Positions 50,583-63,879 are shown, counted from the first letter of the stretch. The stretch is 64,000 bases of DNA from Camelus dromedarius (GCF_036321535.1 NC_087437.1:47122001-47186000), one strand, 5' to 3'. A program made the numbers and translations. The notes: generated by a model not told the origin, from the sequence alone.

Positions 50583-52396
50583 CTTCCTTCATCATGACCC
50601 TGTTTTACTCTCCATAAGACAACATCAACACAAGCTAAATTACAGTCCATTTTCTCCCTCTGGATGAGGTTAACTGCTCCTTGTTTCTTCCTTAAAAAGA
50701 TCCAACAAAATTTCCCATGGTCTTCTCCCTTCTCTATCTCCATATCCCCACCACCACCCTGGGGGTTGTCAAAATCTTGTTAGAATTAGTGGAGTCCAGC
50801 AATCAACCAGATTGAAAGGAACCTCCATATGCCTAAAAGACAGAAGATCCAGCTTTGTGTCAGGTTCCAAATCTGTTTCTCAAACAGTTCCCATAAATCT
50901 GTTCCAAAATCAAAAGAAATGATTTATACTAGAAGCTCTTTCAGTTAACACATCCATCGCATTGTTCACTGCAAACCAAGGTCTCCATGTGGCATATGGC
51001 TGAACAGGAGAGAAGAGGGTCAGTGAGGTTTCCATCCCGAAGCTCAGTCTTCACAGGTGGGCCTGCAGCTACTCCCCACACAGGTGCCCGCTATCCTGGG
51101 GGCACTTACAAAGGAACAGGGTTAGTCACAGTCTCAAGCTCTTTGCCTTAAATGGGCATCACAGAGAGGAGCTGAAGTCACTGACGTTCTTATGCCTCAT
51201 GCCCATAATGGATTTTTATCACATCATAAAAGAGCTCCTCAGCCACTTGGAAATCATCGCCTCGCTGAATTAATTATGATTGCAGGGCCTCTGGAATGTT
51301 CTGTTGATTGTGATGTTAATAGGTGCAAAGATACACAACTTGCAGCTCAGTAACAATTCCATTAACGTCTAGTTTAAAGTTTATTTCCATTATCATCATT
51401 ATGAAGGAGAAAATGATCCACAGGACACAGCACTGGGAAAAGTAAAGCTCACTGATAAGTGTGCAGGCACCCGAAAGCCATTTGCCTCTCTCCAGGTTCA
51501 TTCCTCATGAAATGTGCACAACACTGAGTTTGCACCGCAAGGTCCACTGAATAATCAAATGGAAAGTTTCGTTTGAGATAAAATTGGCATGCAAAGCATG
51601 AGTGGGGACAAAGTCACATTGTCATTTCCACTACTGACACAGTGATACAACAAACACAGCTTTCACTATGAATTGTACTCAGACTCCTGAAGTAAAAATA
51701 CTGGAGGTGCTGGAGTACTGCCAAGTCAGGAATTTCACATACATGTATTTGAACGATGTGCCATCCCCACTCATTATCCTGCCACGGGTTGTGTTTTACA
51801 TGGTTATGGGTAAGGTATTTAGACACCGGTTTTCACTTTTCCCTCTTTGAGCTATACTAATTGGCCCTGTTTACAATTTCCTTGGCTGCAATTCCCCCTT
51901 TTGTGTTGGCTCTGCAATATTCCCAATGTTAAAATTTGGAGGGGAAAGAAATGGCAGGAAAATCAAATCATGAAGTCTTGACAAGAACTCAGATTTTCAA
52001 ACTTCTAGAGGGACAGTATTTTGATGACAAGGAATCTGGAGAAATACAACAGGACAACAGACAAGGTATAGAGACCTCAAGTTTCTAATTAGAGTCTGAC
52101 ACCAGCTTCAAACTCTCTACACAGTACATAGTCATGAGCTCAGATTATTTGACCGTTTAGCTACACTCTCTCAACCTGAACCCAAAGAGTAGTTCCAGGT
52201 AAAAAAGGGTTTGGTGAGATGAGCTTGGGATTTACAGAGGACTCTAGGTTTGAGTCCAATCAAGTGATAACTACCCAGAGGCACTTTTCTGATATGCAAA
52301 TTGTAGATAATTAACATCTGTAAAGTACTACAGAATATAAATTGATAGATAGAGATCAAGTGATCAGAATTTTCACGGAACTGATAGATGTTCTCT

Positions 52397-53125
52397 TTAT
52401 TCATCCATTTGTTCAGTCATTCATTTGGGTAAGGAAACTTATCGCAGGGATGCACATCAATAATAAACAAGACAGTGAGGCAGAGGTAAGAAGGAAAAGC
52501 TATGATTACAGTAGAGTTTGCTCATTTGTCAGAAGAGAGAGGTAGGAAGGGGTAAGGGAAGGGAAGAACCAACATGAAATTGGTGATACTTGAGCTGTGT
52601 TTTCAAGGTGGAATGTCAGTCTGTCAGGGGAAAGAATGAAAAGGCCAGAGTCAGAGGGAGCAGCCCAAGCAGGAGAGGAAAGGGTGAGAGTGAGCACATG
52701 CCCAGGGAATCTCATTTGATCAGAGATATGCAGGGCCATGTTGATGTTAAGCACAACTGGGGAAAGATGAAATCCTGAGGGTCTTGTGAGGCATGTTAAG
52801 GAGTGTGTACACTTTCCTGTAAGTCAGTGCTTCTCAATTCTGGCTGCACATTACACTTGAGGAGCTTCTGAAATATACCCAGACCCCATCCTAAGAGATT
52901 CGATTTATTTGATTTGGGGAACTTCCTGAAGTGGCAATTTTCAATGCTAACCAGGTGCAGCTGGGGCTGGGCTCCACACTACAGGGATAAAGTTATGCTG
53001 AGAATGTTCAAGCAGAGAAATGTCAAGGTCAGTTCTGCGTCTCAGAAAAGTGAGTCTAGCAGACGTGTGGAGAATTGATGGAGAGAGATGCAAACCAGGC
53101 AGGACACGGGCATAGTCTCCTAGAG
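52397..53125 (-). mobile_element. L2 (reverse), split by a MER5A insertion
   Basis: ttcatccatttgttcagtcattcatt; ggtgatacttgagctg; gagggtcttgtgaggcatgttaaggag; gaatgttcaagcag...ggtcag. Confidence 0.78.
52825..52981. mobile_element. MER5A-like element
   Basis: cagtgcttctcaattctggctgcacatta...gagctt...agagattcgattt. Confidence 0.8.
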
Positions 53126-53126
53126 C

Positions 53127-53330
53127 AGTGGTGTTCACGTTGTGGTTCACCAAAACTCTAGGGTTTTATGCAGCTTTTGTAGGAGTTACAAAGCATTTGC
53201 TTTCTATTTATTTTTAGGACTATTTAATTACTGTTAAAAAGAATAATTGACCAAAAAAAAAATCCAATGTGATGTAGAAAAAATTTTAACACGTCAGCAA
53301 AGGTTGAATTTATGTTTCCAATTTAATTCC
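53127..53330. mobile_element. hAT-Charlie-type relic, subfamily unresolved
   Basis: Begins cagtggtgttcacgttgtggttcacc...ctaggg, resembling a Charlie terminal repeat; right boundary uncertain. Confidence 0.4.
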
Positions 53331-53561
53331 TTATTCTCCTGAAATCTTTAATAGTTAAACAGCCTGGGATTATATGGCAAGTTGTTTTAAAAAAAAAAAA
53401 AAGTCACTAGGCTACCAGACTTTTTTTTAAAAATGATACAACCCAATCAGAACACATGCTGAATGTTAAAAATGAATGGCCAGCCATGACCTCAGATTTC
53501 AAGTATTTGTGTTTCTCAAACTCAAACATTGACCTTGTTTCTCTTATACACTTACTTTCTA

Positions 53562-54108
53562 AAAAAAATATTGTGGCAAAATCCATATAAGATAAAATTG
53601 ACCATTTTAACCATTTTTAAGTGTACAATTTAGTGGTGTTAAGTATATTCTTATTGTTGTGCAACCCATCCCCAGAACTTTTTCATTTTGCAACTGAAAC
53701 TCTATTCCCATTAAATAACTCCATTCTCCAGCAACCATTTTTCCTGTCGACTACTCTAGATACAGCAGAATCATAGTGTTTGCCTTCTTGTGACTAGCCT
53801 ATTTCACTTAACATAATGTCCTCAGATTTATTAATGTATAGCATATGTCAGAATTTCCCTCCTTTTTAAGGCTAAATAATATTCCACTGTATGTACATAC
53901 CTGTACAGAAACATTTTGTTATCCATTTGTCTGTTGATGGACATCTGGGTTGCTTTCCCCTCTTGGCTATTGTGAATAGTGCTGCTTTGAACATGGAGAT
54001 ACACTGAAGTATCTTTTCAAAACTCTGCTTTCCGTTCTTTGGGATATACATCCTGATGTGAGATTGTGGAATCATATGGTAATTCTACTTTTAATTTTTT
54101 GAGGAATA
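53562..54108 (-). mobile_element. LINE-1 3' end (L1MB-like), 5'-truncated
   Basis: accattttaaccatttttaagtgtacaattt, aggctaaataatattccactgt, ttgtgaatagtgctgct; ORF 53872-54075(-) reads MFKAALFTIAK..KQPRCPSTDKWI, the L1 ORF2p C-terminal motif. Confidence 0.93.
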
Positions 54109-54959
54109 CATTGACTTTTAATAAATTAAAGCTACACATTGGGAAATAAATGTATTCTTATAAAAAGGAGCTTTATCCATTTTATAAAGTTCCACATAAG
54201 AATTTATTTTTAAAGTTGAGAGAGAGGAATCTCTAGTGCTTTGGACAGAGAGGAGGGTGGTAGGGGAGGGACCACAGGACAGAAATTGTAGGAATTGAGG
54301 CAGAAGCAGATCAGAGAGGTTAAGAAGGTTATGTGTTAAGGTCTCTGGAATCTCCCTCCCAAACATCTTTAATTATTGTGGCCCTGTAGAGGCTTCTAGG
54401 TTGTATGAAAATAACACAAAACTCTCTGGATAGCATAATCTTAGGGTCAGTGAATGTCCCTGTCCGCAGCTGACTTAGAAGGAAAGCTGCTAGAATAATT
54501 ATAGAAAAGTAAAAACTTACATTATTTTCAAGGCCTCTTCTCACTAAGGCCCCTCCTTTTAAGTCACAGGATAAAGAAAGTATACAGAAAGTTTCCTTAT
54601 TCTCTCTTGCCTGGGGGTCTCGTCTCCTTCTCTGCAATTCCAAAACTTACAGCACCACCAGAAAATTCTCCATTACCTAAATTTTACTTATCAGTATAGA
54701 AGGTTCCTATCAGAAGTGAACTAACAGTGCTGCTCTCAAGGAATTAGTTGGGACCAGGAAAGAACAAAGGCAACAAAAAGAAGCCATTATGCAAATATCT
54801 GGCCAGTAATTGCCTGCCTACCTTGAGTAGCCTTGGCAAAGAATGGAGGAGAGTGGCTGACTTGAAGGGTTTTCTGCCAGACTGAACTATTAGGTCTCTC
54901 TGTAGTTAATAACAGACCGCTGCATAATTTTTCCTCAGTGGGCCTCCTGACTGTTGTGA

Positions 54960-56600
54960 TATGGTTGGGGGGAGGAGGGCGTGAGAAGGATGGATCAAGG
55001 ATAACATCCTAGTCATCAGCTCAGATGCATTAGCTGGCATGGCAGAGGCCTGGAATGGGTAAAGAGTAGGTTTGGGGGATCAGAAAAAATCACCAGTCTG
55101 GAGTAGGTTCAACCTGTAGCTGTAGGGCAGCATGAAGTCAGAGTGAAGCAGGCCTCAAACCAGAATGGTTTGTCCAAAACTCTTTTTTCTAGATCACCTA
55201 CGATGTGCCTAGAATAATCCTGGTTGCAAGGAAAGATTTAGTGAATAGAATAAACATGATCCAAATCCTCCAGCATTTTCTAGAGGATGTGATAGGCAAG
55301 TTACTGGCAGTTGTGATTAAAGGAAGTCAGTGAGAAGTAGGTTTTGCCACAGAACACTGTGGGACACCTAGGACAAGCCCCTACTTGATCTTTGGGTATT
55401 GGGGGAGGCTCTCCAGGGGAAGTGGCATCTCAGTAGAGCCTGAAGGATGAGAAGGAGTCAGCCAGGGGAGGAGGAGGAGGAAGTAGCATGTACAAAGGCC
55501 CTGTGGCAGTAGAGGTTGGCATGGTGGGTAAAAGACGGTAGTTCCGTAGGATAAACATGAAATGAGTCAGGAAATGAGGTTAGTGAGGCTTTTACACTTT
55601 AGTAAGCACCAAAGTCACCTGGAAGGCTTGTTAAAGCACAGATAGGTAGGCCCAACCAAAGAGTTTATGATGTTTAAGCTCTAGAGAATTTGTATTTCAA
55701 ATAAGCTCCCAAGTGATGTTGATGTAACTGGTCTGGGGACCACATACTGACCACTAATATAGTGGAGTTGGGGATTGAAGCACATCCCCCTAAAATGGCC
55801 ATTATAGTAAAAATGGCAGCAGCCTGGACTAGAGAGGTAGGAGTGGTGATGGAGAGGTATCGAGACTGTAGAACTGACAGTTCTCAATGACCAACTGCGT
55901 ATCAAAGGCAACGGAGTGTCCAGAGTGTAGAGCCAGAAGGATTGTGTTATTCCCTAAGATAGGGAGGAAAGGAGAACCAGATTTGGGGCAGAAAATGACA
56001 TTTGGGTCTTGAGAATGGTGCTTATGGGTCACCTAAGTAAGAAGTAATTAAATGGATGTTATTTCAAAAGTAGATATCAAATGTATGTTATTTAGGAGCC
56101 AAAGGAAATTTTGAAAGGCTAGAGACACAAGCTAAGTAAGATTCTGGGAAGGTATGGCATAAGCATTAGAGATAGAGATTGAAGCTGTAGTAATGGCCCA
56201 GAGAGAACGTGTAAATAAGAAAAGAAGCAGCTGAGAACCAAATCTTGAAAGGAAAATAAAACAAAGAAACAAAAAATAAACAGACAAATAGTTTAAGGAA
56301 TGAGCAAACATAAAAGCCAAAAAGGGAGACCAAAACAGTCAGAGAGGCAACCAGAAATGCTCGAGAAATGCACAGAATAGGAGAGAGAATTAGTGCAGAA
56401 GGAGAGAGTGCTCTACAAATGGAGAGGACAAACAAGACAGGGTCACAGGCATCCACCGGCTTTAGGAACGAGCAATGTTGTGGACTTAGGGAGGATGCTG
56501 TAGTTGAGGGGTAGCTGGATGTAGTACCAAGCTGATGAGACCATATTCTGCACAGTTGAAATTCTATTGTGAATTGGAAATTCAACTGCTGATCCTTTAG
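54960..56600 (-). mobile_element. L2 (reverse) fragments, split by a MER5A insertion
   Basis: atcaaggataac; gagcctgaaggatgagaaggagtcagccagg; agcatgtacaaaggccctgtgg; agcctggactag; aggagaaccagatttggggg. Confidence 0.78.
55583..55757. mobile_element. MER5A element
   Basis: tcacctggaaggcttgttaaagcacagat...gagaatttgtatttc..ataagctcccaagtgatgttgatg...ggtctggggaccaca. Confidence 0.88.
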
Positions 56601-57554
56601 TTTAAGTACCTTAATTCTATGTATGGGGACTTTTGAAAATGTCATGTCTGTGTGAAAGCAAACTCGGACGCTGGTAAGTGAAACTGACATTGCACATATA
56701 TTGGTCTGAAAGCAAGAGAGTTCCTGTAACATAGTTCAAAGCCTCAGAACAAGAGTCTTCACACCGAGGAGACGCAGAGCCATTTCAGGACAGCTGTGGC
56801 AACCTTTTTTTGGAGAAACTCAGCAGGCTGGCCCGACAGCTATGACTCTGCTCACTTCTTTCCCTTAGGAGCATCTTATTTCTGCTCTTTTTCTCTCATC
56901 ACCGCATCCTCAACATGCCTTCATCCCTGCCCACCCCTTTCTAACAGTATTAGCCCTCTGGGGCAAAGCAAATGGGAGTGCTGTTCCCTGTTAAATGAAA
57001 GCACTGCCTGGGGGTGAGAGAACCAGACCATAGAACAGACATGCAGCTGGAATGAAGTGGGAGAACAGCATGGGGACAAGACAGACTAAGTAAGATATAT
57101 CCAGAGAAGTTATAAAATTAATTCCAAAATAGGAAAGCTAACACCACAAACAGAGGTTAACTGAATTATCATTCAATACAGAAACATGCTGAAAGAAGAG
57201 ATGAAACCTGGGGGGAAAACACCCAGAACCATGAATATTTTATAGCACACAGCCAGCAGCATTTTACTCTCTGCTCATAACCTAAGTGTACCCTATAGTT
57301 TAAGTTCAAGAATTCGAATATGAGTTTAAATGTTTTATGGATTTTTTAATAAACTGAAAAATTATAAATGTAATTCACAAGTTTGGGTTGACAATATTTG
57401 ATTTTTAAACTTAGAGAAATCCAAAAAATTCTCATTTTAACTAATACCTGCTAGCATTCCCCTTACTAAATCATTCATCTGATTTGTTAGCAACAAATAA
57501 CTTAAAGTTATTTGCCTTATGAGAAAGTCCAGAATGTGATCCCATTGGTGGCTA

Positions 57555-57662
57555 ACTTATTTGATGCAAAGTAAATTACTTAATCTATCAGTTTCCTAAC
57601 AAGTAAAATTACCCAATTTGGTTAGATGATCTCTAAGGCCCTGGCTAGCCTAAGAATTCTGT
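57555..57662 (+). mobile_element. MIR3 fragment
   Basis: tcagtttcct...gtaaaat...ttagatgatctctaaggccct. Confidence 0.7.
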
Positions 57663-57711
57663 AAACATGACACATTATACTGATAACTCTAATATAATAG
57701 CTTATCACTAA

Positions 57712-57882
57712 CAGAATCATAAGGTTGACAGAAACTTAGACGTTATCAAATTCAACCCACTCGTTTTACTGATAAATAAAAGGAAGTCCTAAAAGATTGA
57801 ATACTTTGGCTACTTTCAAGTAGCTTTTTAGGATGAGATCCAGAGTCAGATTTAGGACCAGTGCTATTTCCACTGCAGCACA
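57712..57882 (-). mobile_element. MIR3 fragment
   Basis: agaatcataag...acttagacgttatcaaattcaacccactcgttttac. Confidence 0.7.
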
Positions 57883-58954
57883 TGGCTCTTACAGAGAGGT
57901 GAAGGTGACACTAAGGATGGAACACAGAAACCAATGGTGAGTTAGGTGCATGGAAAGGGACAGCACAATAGATTTCGTAGAAGAAAGATCTTTCGACTAA
58001 GTTCTAAAGAATCTGACGTGTATGGGATGACTGAGGGGAAACAGGTAATAAATGAAGAAATTAAATGGCAAGAAAGACTGTGGGTGAGGTATATTACCGC
58101 ATGTTTAAAATTCCTTTCCCTTAGAGCCTCTTCAAACCTCTGGTTGTAACAGCTGCTCACTTCTTGTTCCTAAAGTGTCCACATTTCAGGCCTATAATTA
58201 GAGCGGTTTGTTTTTCATTCTCAGCAATGGAAGCATTGTATTTTAGTTGAGAATTTCTATATAGGATCAACAAGGTTGAGAATAAAGTCAATGCAATGAT
58301 CTCTTCAGTTTGCATCAGTCCTTCAAAACATGCGCAGAAAATGTGTGTTCATATGTGCCAGGTTTGCAAGTTGATTTATCAGCAAATACTGAAAACAAAG
58401 AAAGCATTCATAATTTCTGAGGTTAAACCAGTGAATATCTAACATGAGTAACTTTCTTCTATGCTCTGGAATCTTGTTAACACTGTCCTTTAAAACCAGA
58501 TTTTCTTTAAAGGCTTTAATGAAAAGAGTATTCCAACGTACGTGGGATGTGTGTTGCTACTCAGCTTACAGGAATGTCATACCTGTGGTAGTTCTAGAGT
58601 TCTCCTATAAATAAAATGTGAATATGGATGTAGTGGGAGACACACAGAATACAAAGGGAGTAGGAGAACTTAAAAGTATGGGTCCATGCTATGAATAATT
58701 CTAAACAAACATGAAAATATATTTTGAGGAGATAAAAGTATAGTCACTGGATATAGAGGCTCAAAGGGAGGTATGAGCAAAATAGACAAGATAAGAAAAT
58801 TAAATTCAAACTTCTAAAGGAAAACAACTAACAGCAAAATGGTTTGGGAAGAGCTAGAAAGAAGGGTTTTACAATTTCACCCACAGGCTGGTAAAAATCA
58901 TTTGATCTGTCAGGACCTAGTGTTAAAGTTGAAATGCTCACGTTCTTTCTTATT

Positions 58955-59130
58955 CTCTGGATAGAACAACCCTGAACTATATGTAGGATTGGTTTGATAA
59001 TTCCCATTTCATAGATGGAAAAATTGAAGAAGAGAATAAGCTCTCATGATATGCCTACAGATTTACACCAAATGATTTGTGAAAATGGAAAACGGAACCT
59101 AGCTATCTTATCTCCAACCCATTCCTTTCT
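58955..59130 (-). mobile_element. MIR fragment
   Basis: ttcccatttcatagatggaaaaattga. Confidence 0.65.
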
Positions 59131-59273
59131 CATTGGACCAGGTGCAATGGATGACCAGAGGAAAAATTCCATTTTCTTTCCCAGAGAGATTTTAGAACTA
59201 GATAGACATCCATCTCTCTCACTGGGGAAATGGGGGAATATGTATTGCACAGGGCAGGAGAAGCAGTCATATT

Positions 59274-59300
59274 TTTGTTTGTTTGTTTGTTTGTTTGTTT
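59274..59300. repeat. (TTTG)6 microsatellite
   Basis: Directly visible. Confidence 0.95.
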
Positions 59301-59677
59301 ACTTAGATATTGGAATTTTTATGGTGATTCTTGGTTTGTGTGTGTATATTCTAAAAGGAACATAGAAACAAGTAAGAATTATACAAATTCTTATGATATA
59401 GAATTACTAGGATTTTTGAATATTTGCTTTTAATAGTGTTTGTTATTTTTTTTAAATCACTGTGTTTTTCCAAAGAAATGTCATCACTATTTAAGAGTCA
59501 TTTTCTTGTGAGAGAAACAGGAACCTTCTGTTTCTCATACGCAAAACCATGATTACTTTCAGAGGTACAGAGGAGTCCCTTACATACAAGCATCCTCTTC
59601 CTTTCCCACTACATGCTCTACCTCTCAGCTGAGAGCAGATAAATTGTGGGGAAATTTTCTGGCAAAATAAAAGGAAC

Positions 59678-59790
59678 AATGGTCATCATTTATTGAGCAT
59701 CTGCCATGTCTTAAGTAAGAGCTTTAATAAATGTCTCATTTAATCTTCACGGCAACCCTAGGAGATAGGAATTCTCATTGACTGTTTTTA
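59678..59790 (-). mobile_element. MIR fragment
   Basis: catttattgagcatctgccatg...tctcatttaatcttcacggcaaccctaggagatagg. Confidence 0.8.
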
Positions 59791-59799
59791 TGAACTCCC

Positions 59800-60050
59800 A
59801 TGGGGTTATATATGCTGTGGTATATTCCTACACTCAAATATTGTGCAGCCCTTAAAATAATATTTTCAAATACTTTTTATGTACATGAGATTATAATGAA
59901 AGGTATGTAAGAATTAAGTTCTCAATCTTCAATGTGCCACTAGAAAAAATATGCCCAAATGCTAACAATAGCTAGATTGAGTAGTAGGATGATTTTTGTT
60001 TTACTTTTTTATGCATAGTTTTGAAAATAAACAATATTTTTATTTTTGTC
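59800..60050 (+). mobile_element. Old L1 (L1ME-like) 3' fragment
   Basis: gtggtatattcctacac...aatattgtgcagcccttaaaa; ccaaatgctaacaatagcta. Confidence 0.62.
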
Positions 60051-60139
60051 ATGCTTTTAGAAGTTATATCCAGGAAATACAATAAAAAAGATATAGCATT
60101 TTAAGTACAAGGACATGATTCCTGGCTGGCATGACCTAG

Positions 60140-60592
60140 GAAAAGATAACATTTGAAACAGACACTGAAAGATAAGTAGGACTTACATAGGTCCAGACTG
60201 GAAACAAAGTCGGGGGTGGGATGCACTCCAGGCAGGGAAAGGTAAAGAGAGCAAGACTGATAAAAAGTTTTGGGCATTTGAAAGGAAGTTGTGAGAGAAA
60301 AGTCCCAGAACAGGTGGAAGCCCGTTTGGCAATGCCATTGCTTGCTTGATTAAGGAGTTTAGAGTCTGACAGACTGGCAAACTTTTGAAGGTTTTTTGGT
60401 AGGACAGTGCCATGATCAAAGAAATGCATTAGGCCTTAATCTGTCATATATATACACAATGAATGGAAGATGCAAGGGAGGAGAGACAGGAAGAATAATT
60501 ACAAAGTCATTGAACTAATTTAGGCCTGAGATAATAGGGCTCGAATTAGCATGATGGCAGTAGAAATGACAGGGGAGGAACAGATGGAGAAG
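60140..60592 (-). mobile_element. L2 fragment
   Basis: acatttgaaacagacactgaaagataagtagga; ttaaggagtttagagt; taggcctgagataat. Confidence 0.78.
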
Positions 60593-60599
60593 AAGTTCC

Positions 60600-60885
60600 C
60601 CTCTTCACTGCTCCAGCCTGACTCCCCACTCCTGCTTCTTTTGCTCCATCCATTTCGGCCACACTGGCTTGCCCTCTGCTCCTGGAAAGAGCTAAAGGCC
60701 TTCTTGCCCATATCTTGCTCCCTCAACCCTTCTCCTTCTGACTCCTTTGTTCTTACTTCATCCTTTGGGTCTCAGCCTAAGTATTTCTTCCAGGAGTACT
60801 GTCCTGCTCCTTTCAGCCAGTCTAGACCAGGTCTTCCTGTTTTACTTCCTGAAAGCACCCTGCACATTTTTTCATTGTTTTTATC
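60600..60885 (+). mobile_element. L2 fragment
   Basis: ccacactggcttgccctctgctcctggaa; tcatcctttgggtctcagcctaa. Confidence 0.72.
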
Positions 60886-60896
60886 ATAATCGATAG

Positions 60897-61040
60897 GTAA
60901 AACTAACATTTATTGTGCGTTTATGATGTCAGTTACTGTGTTAAGTCCTTTACAAATATTATCTCATCTTATTCTCAAAATAAGTATTAGTATTATCTCC
61001 TATTTTCCAGGTGAGGGAACTAAAGATCAGAGATGTAGTT
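60897..61040 (-). mobile_element. MIR fragment
   Basis: taacatttattgtgcgttta...tattatctcctattttccaggtgagggaact. Confidence 0.8.
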
Positions 61041-61099
61041 AACTATGGAATTCAGGAGTGACTGCTCTCACTCATCAGATGTACCAAGTCACCTGTGGG

Positions 61100-61350
61100 G
61101 GGTAGTTTAATATAGTGATCATCTGCATAAGCATGGAGTCTAGAGTCAGAACGACTGGGTTATTTTCTTGGCTCTGACACTAGATATGAGACTCCTGAAG
61201 CAAGTTGTTTAATCCCTCTGGACCTCGATTTCCTCATCTGTAAAATGGAATGATATCATTTCTTCTCTCACAGAGTTGTTACAAGGATTAAATAAGTTAA
61301 ACACTTAGAACAAGATGGGCAGGTAGTAAGTGTAGTTTAACTGAAAACTG
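61100..61350 (+). mobile_element. MIR SINE, near full length
   Basis: tagagtcaga...ctggg...gcaagttgtttaatccctctggacctcgatttcctcatctgtaaaatgg. Confidence 0.9.
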
Positions 61351-61359
61351 CCATTTGTT

Positions 61360-61505
61360 GTGTAATAACTTGTTTAGAACCTTCCTCCCCATCTCTTCTT
61401 CAGGGACATAATCTGTCCCTGAGAGGTAGAGGTTGTGTTGATCATTGTACTGAGTGCCTAGCATAGTACCTGGTCACAGTGGCTGTTTGGTAAGTATTTA
61501 AACAA
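61360..61505 (+). mobile_element. L2 3' end
   Basis: agtgcctagcatagtacctgg. Confidence 0.68.
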
Positions 61506-61544
61506 GTGGAAAGCTGACTTCAGAGAGCTTACCCACCAACACCA

Positions 61545-61730
61545 TCACTATGCACTTTAAATTTTATGATGCATATTTCATTACTATTTTGTTTAATTCT
61601 AACCACAAACTCAAAGAAGGCAGGGGGGAAAAGCATTATCCTCAATGTTGAGTCTCAGAAAATTATTTGCTCAAGTTCATATAACTAATAAATGGTACAG
61701 CCAAAAGAAGAACCTAGCTCTCTGATTGCC
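61545..61730 (-). mobile_element. MIR fragment
   Basis: cattatcctca...atttgctcaagttcatataactaataaatgg. Confidence 0.6.
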
Positions 61731-62039
61731 CGAGGCCACAGAGTGCCTTAAAGACAACCCAGCTGAGACTCAACACATATGGGGTTGAACCAGTCACCAC
61801 TGACTGATGATGCTCTCCTGAGTTGCCCTCAGTTTAAGCACTGACCTTGCTGTGACTCCTGAAAACCTCTCTAACTGCTCCCTCAGCTTTGCTCCATATC
61901 CTCATCTGAGGCAACTACTGGCCTCTCCTTGTCCAAGCATCTCTTACTGATCCCACTAGTCACCCCAAATCTGAGTAAAGTTATCACAGACCAAGCCTGA
62001 CACCAACCTAGAGTGCTTTGATTGGACTATACCAAGGTG

Positions 62040-62330
62040 GGACATTGATTCTTTCTTGGTTGGATATAAGAAAGAAGTTTAAATGAGTTAAGTGGGTTGC
62101 AAGCCTGGTTAACCAGAAGAATGGTGGTCACATTAACACAAATAATCAATATAGAAGGAGTATGTTTGAGAGAACATAGAATCAATTCAACATCAGACTT
62201 TAAGTCTGAGACTCCAGTAAGGACTCTAAATGAACAATGGCTATCTAACAATTGGAAGTGGATTAGCATTCAGGAGAGATTTCAAGATAGAACTTAGGAA
62301 TCATCTATGCCAAAGGAATGGCTGAAGCCA
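62040..62330 (-). mobile_element. L2 fragment
   Basis: aagcctggttaaccagaagaatggtggtcacattaac; ttaagtctgagactcc. Confidence 0.68.
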
Positions 62331-62360
62331 AAGAACCCAAATCCTGCACAATATTTAGTG

Positions 62361-62562
62361 CAGGGCTTTTCAAACTGTGTTCCGTGGTGTGTCGGTATTC
62401 CTTAGACAGGCAGCAGAGAAAGTCCAGCTGCCTAGGCTTTGAGCTTCAGGCACTGCTTCAAACAACACAGGATCACATTTATCTGATTTATATTGAATTT
62501 CTGAGTCAGAGTTTGTTTAATAAAATAAAATTTTGCAGCTAAAAGAAATGTCTGCAGCACTG
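62361..62562. mobile_element. hAT-Charlie-type MITE relic
   Basis: Left end cagggcttttcaaactgtgttccgtgg; right end gcagcactg. Confidence 0.55.
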
Positions 62563-63879
62563 ATTTAGTAGGTATTGTCTCTCCCTGTTCTAATGCCTTT
62601 GCCTCTTGCAGCATCACAGTCCCCACACAGAGAGACACATGGCAGTGATAAATCGTTGCCTTGAATTTAGTTTTGATAGTGAACAAACACTTGCCACCAG
62701 GGACTCTGAATAATATTCAGGTGACTCATATCTAGCGTGTGATTTAGAAAATATTTCGATGTTTTAATCCGGTTCCAGTTCAATGAATTAGTTACAGGTT
62801 CAAACCAGTTCACTAGGGTTTAATGAAAAATTAAAAAAAAAACACTTTGTTTCATTTCTCAGTTCAGTAGAAAATAAAAACAGTAATGTTTGGATTTGAT
62901 TTAAGGATCAGCAAATTTATATAATTCATTCCAAGTTTTCCTTCATGGTTTGCCTCTGTACTCACTGTAGGGGAAAATGCCCTGTAGATATCTACAAATT
63001 AATACTGATGGACTGTATGCAAGCCCTGCACTTAAAATGACTGGTCAGAGCCAACCACGATGTCATGGAGCAAACCCTAGGTAGCCCTTTCCTTGAGTGC
63101 TGAGCAAGACTTAGGTAGAGTTTCACAGGGAGAACACCTGCCTAGGAGCTCTCCTGAGAGAAAGTCTCAGATCACAGGATACCCCAAAGACAATTGCACC
63201 ACAGGGATGAGAAGTTACATCAGACACAGATGCCTACTTGAGAGCCTCAAGTTTCATGTGAATTAGCACCTACTTGTTATTTCTGTCTGGGCCCAATTCC
63301 CAGATCTGTTAGTTCACCCAAGGCCCCTCATCCATAGGAGACTTGAGCCATGCCAGGGCAAATTTAAACTGCTACAAGCATTCAAGTAAGGGCAGATCCT
63401 GGCTTTCCTTTAATCAAGCCTCAGAGAATTAAAACAGAAACAAAACCAAAAAAATACCTGTTTCCAGTGTATCTATTTCTTCTACCTCTTTATTGGTTGA
63501 TACCCAGCCCATGAACAGCTCAATTTTTTAAAAAATGTTTCTCATTATTGCCTTAGATTTTTGAAAATACACAAATTCATTTTAGCAGCTGCAAAATGTC
63601 TTCACAAAAGTGTCTAAAGAAAATGGCTCAATTCCACTGCAGAAAATGTGTAATATTGCCTAGAGTCAATTTCTCCATTTTAAACATACTCATTGAGATG
63701 ATTCATCATTTATTCAGTGTGATCCATCTGCCCTCTACATTAGTAATCTGTACAATACCTTGAATTGGGGGGCCTCTCAGAAGAAATCAAATAGCTTTCC
63801 ATTTTCTAACCTACACCAACAGCTCTATCAGGAACAGGGAGAGCAGCTTGCCTTCTTTAGGCTGTACATTATGAGGCCT

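Noticed and set aside
53872..54075. ORF with a recognisable protein motif
   Set aside because: It is the dead C-terminus of L1 ORF2p within a truncated L1, not a host gene.
56166..56732. Longest ORF in the window (188 aa, minus strand)
   Set aside because: Overlaps purine-rich L2 relic and low-complexity sequence; S/F/L-biased with no exon structure or known motif.
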